In this document: positions 16,804-24,724 of the stretch, piece by piece
How the letters are laid out: the number at the start of each line of letters is the position of its first letter
Numbering within the stretch: the first letter of the stretch is position 1
From: Corynebacterium glutamicum ATCC 13032
GTDB lineage: Bacteria; Actinomycetota; Actinomycetes; Mycobacteriales; Mycobacteriaceae
Assembly (NCBI RefSeq): GCF_000011325.1
Contig: NC_003450.3
Location: 120,001-152,000 of the forward strand
Direction: 5' to 3'
Length of the DNA stretch: 32,000 bases
Position numbers and translations under genes: made by a program
Notes under the pieces: generated by a model
Told to the model about the DNA's origin: nothing
The model's database searches: none
Seen by the model: the letters and a program-made list of their open reading frames with translations, nothing else

Positions 16804-18747
16804 GTGAAAATTAAATCCGTATTTTTGAGCACCGCTTTAAGCGCTTCCTTACTGCTCGGGATCACCCCACCCGTGCTGGGAGCAACGATCAACCCCAGTT
16901 TGCCTCTTTCTGCGTTGAGCTCCTCGGACGATATCGCCGTACCCAACTTCGCCAAAGAATTACCGTTAGCTTTTGATGTACCAGCAGGCACTGTTCCCCA
17001 AAGCTTGAGTGGAACGCTGCAGATTCCTGCCGAGTTTTCTGGCGGCGTCGTGGAGTTTTATGACGGTGACCGGCTCTTTCACACCCTGCGCCTAGAAGTT
17101 AATGATTCCCGAGCACACATTGAGGTTCCGCTGCAAAGCGTTCCTGTCGAAGACGGCCGCGCCACCTTTTGGTTGCGCGCCATGTTGGATCCTGTAAACA
17201 ACCAGTGGTGCTACGAGGAGCAGGAAGTCCGCTTCTTAGACGGAAACGTCACCTTTGAAGGGGCGACGATTAACCCAGCTGTGGTGGCTGATTACTTCCC
17301 GTCAGTGCTGCGCGCGTTGACAATTTACGTCCCGGAAAACCCCTCTGAGGCAGTACAAGAAGCCACGTTAGAGGTTGCGACCTCCCTGGATTCGGTGTAC
17401 CGAAGATCAGGTCTGGATGTCAACGTAGAAACGCTTCCAACCGGCACCGATGCTCCTCCTACACGTCCTCAAGATTTTGAACGCCAGATTGTGCTGGTTG
17501 ACGAGGCAACAGAAAGTAACACGCAAAAAACCGAATTGGTCAATCCCGGCCAAGACAATGCATTCTTGCGCCTGAACGGCAACGCCGACGAGCTTTACGA
17601 TCAAGCGCGCTTGCTTACCGACGCAACCCTGCCACTTGCCGTAGACACCGAAGTAACGGCCTCAGGTTTTGGTGATGTGCCCAACCTTTCTACAGATGTG
17701 GCCACCCTCCAAGAACTGGGTATCACGCAGCTCACCTCTGAATCAGTTGCGCGCACAAGCGTCACCTTGGGCATTGAACGCTCCCGCCTGCGGACCTACT
17801 CGCAGTCCATGGACCTGCACATAACGGGAACCTACACCCCATTGCCACCCCAAAATGCAGGACAGATCACGTTCTCCATTGGTGACACCGTGTTGGACTC
17901 CTTGACCACCGATGACACTGGCATCATTGACCGTGAGTTCAACGTTCCTGGAGACTTGGTCAACCGCTACACGGCGATCGTCGTGGAATTCACCAGCACC
18001 GGCGACGTTAATTGTGGGGTCACCCAGCCCGTAGGCCTCAACATTGATTCCGACAGCCTTGTCACCTCCCAACATTCAGATGTTCCTGTACTCAACGGCT
18101 TCCGGTCCCTACCGCAGTCCTTCCAACCTCGTGTGGACGTGGCGTTTGCTGATCCCAGCGTGCAGGAACTCTCCCGCGCTGTCAGCGTAGTGTTGGGAAT
18201 TCAATCTATGAGCTCCCAGCGCATCCGCCCACACCTGGTTAACTGGGATGAAGCCGTAGCCAGCGAGCGCCCAACAATTTTCATTGATGCTGCGGGCGCA
18301 AAGACTGATCAAGTGCCAAGCTACCTCGCCCAACAAGGCCAAACCCTAGAGATCACCAGCAAGAACGACCAAAATGCGGACGGCGAACAACTCACCCGAT
18401 CCCTGCAAACCAACGCTGCGCTTGTTGTCGGTTCCATTCAGGCCGTGTGGGATGCCGATAAGAAGCGCACGGTGATTGTGGCAAGTTCCCAGGACAACCC
18501 CGCCGATTTGGATGCCTTGATTTCGTGGATGGGAGAAGACCGCGAACGCTGGAGTGATCTCAACGGCGACCTGATTGTCAAAGTCCGAGACCGCGAACCT
18601 GTGCAATTGACCACCGTGGAAGCCCCAGATCAGCCTGGTCGATCGGCCACAGCCTTTATTGCGATCGGCGTCAGCCTTGTGGTCATTGCCCTGATTGTCG
18701 CAGCCGTGGTGTCAGTGTCCAGGCGTTCGCAAAAAGGATACAAATGA
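16804..18747 (+). CDS. Secreted, C-terminally membrane-anchored protein with BcsB-like (cellulose synthase subunit B-like) two-module architecture
   Basis: 647 aa. It has a Sec signal peptide (KIKSVFLSTALSASLLLGITPPVLGA), two repeated modules (about aa 60-290 and 330-580) and a single C-terminal TM (FIAIGVSLVVIALIVAAVVSV) followed by RRSQKGYK. It is the first gene of the operon containing a processive GT2. Confidence 0.6.
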   Translation: MKIKSVFLSTALSASLLLGITPPVLGATINPSLPLSALSSSDDIAVPNFAKELPLAFDVPAGTVPQSLSGTLQIPAEFSGGVVEFYDGDRLFHTLRLEVNDSRAHIEVPLQSVPVEDGRATFWLRAMLDPVNNQWCYEEQEVRFLDGNVTFEGATINPAVVADYFPSVLRALTIYVPENPSEAVQEATLEVATSLDSVYRRSGLDVNVETLPTGTDAPPTRPQDFERQIVLVDEATESNTQKTELVNPGQDNAFLRLNGNADELYDQARLLTDATLPLAVDTEVTASGFGDVPNLSTDVATLQELGITQLTSESVARTSVTLGIERSRLRTYSQSMDLHITGTYTPLPPQNAGQITFSIGDTVLDSLTTDDTGIIDREFNVPGDLVNRYTAIVVEFTSTGDVNCGVTQPVGLNIDSDSLVTSQHSDVPVLNGFRSLPQSFQPRVDVAFADPSVQELSRAVSVVLGIQSMSSQRIRPHLVNWDEAVASERPTIFIDAAGAKTDQVPSYLAQQGQTLEITSKNDQNADGEQLTRSLQTNAALVVGSIQAVWDADKKRTVIVASSQDNPADLDALISWMGEDRERWSDLNGDLIVKVRDREPVQLTTVEAPDQPGRSATAFIAIGVSLVVIALIVAAVVSVSRRSQKGYK

Positions 18748-18790
18748 TTTCTTCTTTACCCAGTAGAACGCAGGGGAGGAGGTTGGGTCC

Positions 18791-20332
18791 ATGAGTAACC
18801 CGTCGCTAGAACCTCTAGAACCGATCGAGCTTTCTGACGGTACTGAAATTGAAGTTTCAGACGTTGATCCAGAACCGCAAGCTGGCAATGCGCAGATGGA
18901 AGTACCCAGCTTACGGACATATGTTTTTCGCGGAATCATTGCCATTGCCTGTTTGATCATTGGTTTTTATGAGAGCTTTGTGCTGATGTGGCAAAACCTC
19001 CGAATCGGCGTGGCCAACTACTCACTACTTGTGGTGCTCATGGCGATCGTGTTGTTTATCGGACTGGACCGCAAGCGTGCTCGTGCATTGAACATTCACG
19101 ACCGCGAAGTCGACTACATCATTGGTGGCATTGTCGTACTGATAGCCATCACGATTAAGAGCCAGCTTCTGCCACGTTTTGTGGACTGGGAAACTCTGCT
19201 GCGCTTGGATATGTTCGCACTGTTATTCTTTGCGTTTGGTATTTCCGGCCTGGTGTTTGGCATGCGCTCTACCTTTTCTTTTGCACCCGGCTGGATTTTG
19301 CTGTTTGGCTACAACGCGGTGGCACACCTGATCATCTCGGTGATTTTCGGTGGTGGCTTTTGGGGCCCGGTGATGGCAAACATCATTGGACTGTCTCTTG
19401 CGGTGTTGGTGTCCTCCAACAGGGACCTGGTTCAGGCCACCTATTTGGCACTGATGACGGTGTTGTTTGGCGTCATTATTGCCATCATCGTGTGGGCGCT
19501 GACCGATGGCAGTAAGTTCCTCACCTTGGTCCCAGCAGTGCTGGCAACCATCACTGTGGTGTTGGTGTCTTCGCGTTGGAGGCTTGGTCAGTGGAAAATT
19601 CGTCGTAGACAACCCACGGTGGAAAAAGCCGGACCCGCGCTTATCGCGGTCGTGGTTGCGACAGCACTCTTGGCGTGGATTCCTACTCCTTATGTGGAGC
19701 GCGTCAACAACCTCCCCGGGCTTCAAATGCTGGCAAAGCCTGCCCCAGGTGTTATCGCACCTATTGGTTGGCACATCGACGATGTGCAGTATTACAACTG
19801 GGCTTCGCGCTACTTCGGCCCCGGTTCCTCTCTGCTTAGGCAGACGATGACGGCAGATCATTACAACGAGGCGTGGGATCCAGATGGACTCGACCGAACT
19901 GTTGTGGTGGATACCCTCCAATCGGCGGAACGGTTCCAGCAGCGTGCCTTTGGTGACGAGACGCTGTATTCCACTCTGAGAGGTCGAAAGTCAGATACCG
20001 TCCAGGTGGATCTGGGATACGGCGTGGACGGACGCGCCTACACGGTGCTCGATGAAACTGACTTCTTGACGTACACCAAGCTGGTTTTTGAATGGCAGAC
20101 CACCAACAACACCGTGGAGAAGATCTCCGTCATCGCGGTGGATGATCACCGCGCAGAAGCGAAGTTCCCGGAGCTTGCACCATCGGTTACCAGAATGTTT
20201 ATCCAGGTGGCTACCATTTTGTTCCGTGGAAATGACGTGACCATCGATACCAATACCCAATTGAAAGATCTTGACCTGGTCAGCCAAGTTGGCCGTCAGA
20301 TCGTGGCAGAACAACAGGTGGGGAGGTCATGA
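18791..20332 (+). CDS. Polytopic membrane protein (8 TM + cytoplasmic basic loop + 1 TM) with a C-terminal extracytoplasmic domain of about 200 aa
   Basis: 513 aa, preceded by a strong SD (GGGGAGGAGG at 18773-18782). Hydrophobicity was read by eye. The architecture resembles exosortase(EpsH)-EpsI fusions, but I found no catalytic-type Cys. Its stop overlaps the next gene (ATGA). Confidence 0.6.
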   Translation: MSNPSLEPLEPIELSDGTEIEVSDVDPEPQAGNAQMEVPSLRTYVFRGIIAIACLIIGFYESFVLMWQNLRIGVANYSLLVVLMAIVLFIGLDRKRARALNIHDREVDYIIGGIVVLIAITIKSQLLPRFVDWETLLRLDMFALLFFAFGISGLVFGMRSTFSFAPGWILLFGYNAVAHLIISVIFGGGFWGPVMANIIGLSLAVLVSSNRDLVQATYLALMTVLFGVIIAIIVWALTDGSKFLTLVPAVLATITVVLVSSRWRLGQWKIRRRQPTVEKAGPALIAVVVATALLAWIPTPYVERVNNLPGLQMLAKPAPGVIAPIGWHIDDVQYYNWASRYFGPGSSLLRQTMTADHYNEAWDPDGLDRTVVVDTLQSAERFQQRAFGDETLYSTLRGRKSDTVQVDLGYGVDGRAYTVLDETDFLTYTKLVFEWQTTNNTVEKISVIAVDDHRAEAKFPELAPSVTRMFIQVATILFRGNDVTIDTNTQLKDLDLVSQVGRQIVAEQQVGRS

Positions 20333-21792
20333 TGGAACAAGATCTCAGCTACCGTGAAATTCTTCCCCTCAACGCGAGTGAGGAGAAGAAAAAGGCTGCA
20401 CTGATTGATGCCATTGAAGGGTTAAGGGTGCGCGATCCGCTACTCTCTGCCTCGATTGCATTTACTAGAGGGCAGAAAGTCGCCTTCATTGCTGTGGTGG
20501 TGGGCTTTATCTTGATGCTCATTTTTGCTCGGCAAGCAGCACTTATTGGACTGTCAGCAACGTGTACGTTCATGTACCTCATTACATTGTTGGACAGATT
20601 TATCATGTTTTCCAGAGGTATCCGCGCGGAATCCATCATCCAGGTATCGGATGAAGATGCGCTGGCTTTCCCTGAGGACAAGCTGAAAACCTACACGGTG
20701 TTGGTGCCCGCCTATGGCGAACCTGAGGTGATTGCGCAGCTGCTGGCATCCATGCACGCTTTTGATTACCCCAAGCATCTTCTGCAGGTATTGCTCATGT
20801 TGGAGGAAGATGATCTGCCCACGATCGCCGCGGCAGAGGCAGCGGGAGTGGATCAGGTGGCAACGATCATTAAGGTGCCGCCAGCGCAGCCCCGCACCAA
20901 GCCGAAGGCCTGTAACTATGGATTGCACTTTGCCACGGGGGAAATTGTCACGATCTTTGACGCGGAAGACATGCCAGATCCCCTCCAACTGCGTCGCGTG
21001 GTGGTGGCATTTGAACGCTCGGCTTCCAATACGGTGTGCGTCCAGTCAAGGTTGTCGTATCGAAACGCCAGGCAGAATCTGCTAACTGCGTGGTTCACCA
21101 TTGAATATGACGTGTGGTTTAACTTCCTGCTGCCAGGCGTCATGCGCATGAACGCACCTGTCCCATTGGGCGGTACCTCCAACCATCTGCTCACGGGTGT
21201 CCTGAAAGATCTCGGCGCGTGGGATCCTTTCAATGTCACAGAAGATGCGGACCTCGGCGTACGCATCGCGGCAAAGGGATATTCCACCGCGGTGTTGGAT
21301 TCGGTGACGTGGGAGGAAGCAAACTCCGACACCATCAACTGGTTGCGCCAGCGTTCTCGCTGGTACAAGGGCTATCTGCAAACATGGCTTGTGTATATGC
21401 GCAGGCCAAAGTGGTTAGTCCAAGAGCTTGGCATCATTCCTGCTGTGCGTTTTACCTTCCTCATGGCAGGCACCCCGATCATTGCGGTGCTCAATCTGCT
21501 CTTTTGGTACTTGTCGCTCACGTGGATTCTGGGCCAGCCCGGCACCATTGAGCAGATGTTCCCACCTGCGGTGTACTACCCAGCGTTGGTGTGTTTGGTG
21601 GTGGGCAATGCTGCGACCATCTTTATGAATCTCATTGGCTGCCGGGAAGGCCGCGACCCCTTGCTGCTCATCGCGGTTCTCACGTTCCCGCTGTATTGGC
21701 TGCTCATGAGCATTGCAGCGTTGAAAGGCACGTGGCAATTGATCACGCGACCATCCTATTGGGAGAAAACTGCCCACGGATTGGAGGCGTAA
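20329..21792 (+). CDS. Processive family-2 glycosyltransferase (BcsA/PgaC/NodC/HAS-like beta-glycan synthase)
   Basis: 487 aa with 2 N-terminal and 3-4 C-terminal TM segments flanking a GT-A domain. The motifs are VLVPAYGE, KPKACNYG, FDAED (20959-20970), VTEDADLG (21238-21246) and QRSRWYKG (21349-21363). The real start is probably the second ATG at 20332, 5 nt after GGAGG. It has no PilZ or other C-terminal regulatory domain. Confidence 0.85.
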   Translation: MMEQDLSYREILPLNASEEKKKAALIDAIEGLRVRDPLLSASIAFTRGQKVAFIAVVVGFILMLIFARQAALIGLSATCTFMYLITLLDRFIMFSRGIRAESIIQVSDEDALAFPEDKLKTYTVLVPAYGEPEVIAQLLASMHAFDYPKHLLQVLLMLEEDDLPTIAAAEAAGVDQVATIIKVPPAQPRTKPKACNYGLHFATGEIVTIFDAEDMPDPLQLRRVVVAFERSASNTVCVQSRLSYRNARQNLLTAWFTIEYDVWFNFLLPGVMRMNAPVPLGGTSNHLLTGVLKDLGAWDPFNVTEDADLGVRIAAKGYSTAVLDSVTWEEANSDTINWLRQRSRWYKGYLQTWLVYMRRPKWLVQELGIIPAVRFTFLMAGTPIIAVLNLLFWYLSLTWILGQPGTIEQMFPPAVYYPALVCLVVGNAATIFMNLIGCREGRDPLLLIAVLTFPLYWLLMSIAALKGTWQLITRPSYWEKTAHGLEA

Positions 21793-21795
21793 GCG

Positions 21796-23529
21796 GTGCC
21801 CATCGTCAAACCAATGCCGGCACTGCCCAGGCGCGCGCCCGTCCTGGCGAGTTCGCAGATCGAAGGGTTTGAACACCGTAGAGGGTGGCGTCGACAAGCA
21901 AATTTCTGGTTTGCTGCAAGCCTTGCCCTGTACTGGTGCGCCGCGCTGTGGATCGCGCTGGACGTTGGGTATTTCTGGGGCGACGCGCTCTCGCGCACCC
22001 AGGGCGCCCTATCCGCGCTGTACTCGCGCAACCCCACGTTGTCGGCGATCGGTTACGTGTTTACCCCTCTGACCACCGTGTTGCAGATTCCATTGGTGGC
22101 GCTGAGCCCCTGGGTCCCGGAATTCACGCGCGCCGGGTTGGCAGGCGCATTGGTGTCATCAGTGTTCATGGCGGCTTCAGTGAGGCAATTGTGGTTGATT
22201 GCCAGCGAGCGTAACATCCGGTATTGGCTCGCGGTGGTAGGCCTTCTGTTGTATGCACTTAACCCAATGATCATCCTGTACGGCGCGACGGGAATGAGCG
22301 AAGCTCCGTTCATTTACGCCACTCTCTGGGCGGTGCGCAGGCTGATTCGCTGGACTTCTACCGACGACGTCCACGACCTCATTACCTGTGGTTTTGCGTT
22401 GGCATTGGCGTTTTTAGCGCGCTATGACGCCCTCATCATGGCCTTCGTAGCCATGTGGACTGTCGGATTTATGACATGGCGCGCACGATACCGCCGTGGC
22501 TTCCGCGACCGCATCGGATTCGCACTTGTCGACATGCTGCTCCTCGTCTGGCCGATCGGCTTCGCCTTCGTCGCCTGGACTGGCGCCAGCTGGCTCACTA
22601 CCGGCGAACTCTTTGCCCAATTCACCTCCACAGACGGCAACGCTGCGATCATCGCAGCATCCGGCGGCGGCGCCATAGGGCCCCAAGCGCTTTTCGACGC
22701 CTCCGTCCGCACCTTCCTCATCTCCCCAGCTCTCCTACTCGTCGCAGTAGTTGCAGTCTTTTTTGCTTATCGACGCCGCGACCCCGAACCCATCATCCCC
22801 TTAGCTCTCATCGGCTCTGTGGTGTTCTTCCAAATCATTACCTACTCACTTGGATCTACCTTCGGCCTGCTGCGCTTTTTCCTCACCGCCCTGCCGCTCA
22901 CCATTATCTTGCTGTTCCAAATTATCCCGCCCCGCCACCGATTCCCCTCACTGCGACCAGGTGCGTGCTACCGCGATCGCGTCACCGGCAAGTACGTGCC
23001 CAAAACAATCACCGGTGTTTTAGTTCTCGCGATCTTCGGCGGCACCGGCATCACCCTGTACGGCATGAGCAGTGCTAACTGGGCGCCCCAGGAATATGCC
23101 ATCCAAGAACTAGTTTTCAACATGGGATCGCCATCGCAGGACGCCGTCCACACCCTGAACACCTTCTCCACTGAAATGGATGTCGCCGATTTCGTCGACT
23201 CCCTAAACCTTGGAGACGGCGAAGTCCTTCTCTCCACCACCTACGGCTTCGCCGTCCTCACCGCATCAAACAACCAAAAGCAATTCATCATCCCCTCCGA
23301 CGAAGACTTCATCACCACCCTCAACGAACCCGCTGAGCACGGCGTTAAGTACATCCTCGCCCTCCCACGCGAAGGTCGCGGCGCCACCGACCCGATCAAC
23401 CTGCGCTACCCAGACATGTATGAAACCGGCAGCCACATCGCCACGATGGAAATCGAATTCATCAATCAAGGCCAAGGACAACCAAATTGGCGCCTCTATC
23501 GGGTGCTCACCACACCTGAACAGTCGTAG
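21796..23529 (+). CDS. Large polytopic membrane protein with GT-C-like (ArnT/PMT-type) architecture and a C-terminal soluble domain
   Basis: 577 aa with a GTG start 8 nt after GGAGG and 3 nt after the GT2 stop. It has about 11-13 TM segments, an acidic residue in the first external loop (YFWGDALSR), and a C-terminal non-hydrophobic domain of about 170 aa. The fold assignment is inference. Confidence 0.5.
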   Translation: MPIVKPMPALPRRAPVLASSQIEGFEHRRGWRRQANFWFAASLALYWCAALWIALDVGYFWGDALSRTQGALSALYSRNPTLSAIGYVFTPLTTVLQIPLVALSPWVPEFTRAGLAGALVSSVFMAASVRQLWLIASERNIRYWLAVVGLLLYALNPMIILYGATGMSEAPFIYATLWAVRRLIRWTSTDDVHDLITCGFALALAFLARYDALIMAFVAMWTVGFMTWRARYRRGFRDRIGFALVDMLLLVWPIGFAFVAWTGASWLTTGELFAQFTSTDGNAAIIAASGGGAIGPQALFDASVRTFLISPALLLVAVVAVFFAYRRRDPEPIIPLALIGSVVFFQIITYSLGSTFGLLRFFLTALPLTIILLFQIIPPRHRFPSLRPGACYRDRVTGKYVPKTITGVLVLAIFGGTGITLYGMSSANWAPQEYAIQELVFNMGSPSQDAVHTLNTFSTEMDVADFVDSLNLGDGEVLLSTTYGFAVLTASNNQKQFIIPSDEDFITTLNEPAEHGVKYILALPREGRGATDPINLRYPDMYETGSHIATMEIEFINQGQGQPNWRLYRVLTTPEQS

Positions 23530-23574
23530 ACTCTTTGTAACTACCGTTGTTGTTTTTCCATATCCAGGAGAGTC

Positions 23575-24642
23575 ATGGCCCGCAAGCTGAAGGACAAACT
23601 TCCCCGAAGTTTTGACAAAATCGTCGAATCGGGCGATTTTGACGCTTTCAAAGAGGTCTTCACCGAGCGCGCCCTCGACGCCAAAAACCGTCATGGCAAC
23701 ACTGCCCTCCACATGCGTGGAGTACCTGAAGAATTCAAGATTTGGATGCTTGACCAGGGCCTCGATGTGGATATCCGCAACGAAGACGGCGACACCCCGC
23801 TGCACGTGCACTCCCATGACTGGAACTTAAGCCCCGATTTTCTGCTCAAACGCGGCGCCGATGTCTGCGCAGTCAACAATGAAGGCGAATCGGTTGCCTA
23901 CTCCGCTGCCTTCTTCCCAGAAAACCTCAAAAAGCTTATCGACGCCGGCGCCGACCCCTACTCGCGCGCCAACGACGGCACCACGCCGCTGATGCGTGTC
24001 ATTCGAAGCGCCGACACCGGACAAATCATCGAACTAGCAGAAATAACCAAGCTACTTTCCGGCACAGAATTCACCGACGCAGAATTCCGAGAAACCCAAG
24101 AACGCATCATCGCAATGGGTGAAAGATTCGAAGATGTCCGGGAAGTCTACAACGAAGAATCCGTCGACCAAGCATCTGCGGACATGATCTGGCTCTACGA
24201 TCGTTTCGACATCCCCGAAGAACTCCGCGCCAACACACCAATTTTGCACGACGGAGTAAGCCCAATAGAACTGCCTGGGGATACCTGGCAAGAACAATTC
24301 ATCGAAGGCTACGATCTCCTCGTTCCCGCAATGGGCAAAGCGAAATCCCTGCAAGGCGAAGCCATCCGAATTGCCGGACGAGTATCCAACGAATTTCACG
24401 GCAACGGTGGCGTCAACTGGGACAAAGACTTCAAACGCATGGCCAAATCTCTCAACCACATTTGTGAGCAGGGCGTTCCTTTGGGTGAGCCAGAATTAGA
24501 AGAACTGGCTGCGGCCGTTAAATCAGTGCGCAAAGGAGAACCCACCGAGGAGGAGATCGACACCCTTCCACGGTTGGCCACCAAATGGGTCGCACAAAAC
24601 CCACAACCGCTGCCACTGGGAGAGGTTGACTACAAGCGCTGA
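23575..24642 (+). CDS. Ankyrin-repeat protein with an unassigned C-terminal domain
   Basis: 355 aa with no signal peptide. It has at least 3-4 ankyrin repeats (HGNTALHMRG..., DGDTPLHVHS...LLKRGADV, EGESVAYSAA...LIDAGADP, DGTTPLMRVI). AGGAG lies 5 nt upstream of the ATG, and the gene is only 45 nt downstream of the preceding gene. Confidence 0.8.
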   Translation: MARKLKDKLPRSFDKIVESGDFDAFKEVFTERALDAKNRHGNTALHMRGVPEEFKIWMLDQGLDVDIRNEDGDTPLHVHSHDWNLSPDFLLKRGADVCAVNNEGESVAYSAAFFPENLKKLIDAGADPYSRANDGTTPLMRVIRSADTGQIIELAEITKLLSGTEFTDAEFRETQERIIAMGERFEDVREVYNEESVDQASADMIWLYDRFDIPEELRANTPILHDGVSPIELPGDTWQEQFIEGYDLLVPAMGKAKSLQGEAIRIAGRVSNEFHGNGGVNWDKDFKRMAKSLNHICEQGVPLGEPELEELAAAVKSVRKGEPTEEEIDTLPRLATKWVAQNPQPLPLGEVDYKR

Positions 24643-24667
24643 ACGTTGAGTTTGAGTTTGGTCCATT

Positions 24668-24689
24668 GAGGGGTAAAGGCTTACCTCTC
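24668..24689 (+). terminator. Possible stem-loop terminator after the ankyrin gene
   Basis: GAGGGGTAA-AGGC-TTACCTCTC is a 9-bp stem with one mismatch and a 4-nt loop, 26 nt after the stop codon. No U-tract follows, so the call is weak. Confidence 0.3.
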
Positions 24690-24724
24690 GACTAGGTGGG
24701 GTGGGCGTAGAGCGCCTATTCTGA

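Noticed and set aside
16584-16991. 135-aa minus-strand ORF spanning the AT-rich promoter region and the start of the BcsB-like gene
   Set aside because: Its N-terminal half is antisense to a convincing signal-peptide coding region. The rest lies in AT-rich intergenic DNA with no SD or motif, so it is probably spurious.
19223-19921. 232-aa minus-strand ORF inside the 513-aa membrane protein gene
   Set aside because: It is antisense to a gene whose translation gives clean TM helices. The antisense product is His/Arg/Gln-rich with no features.
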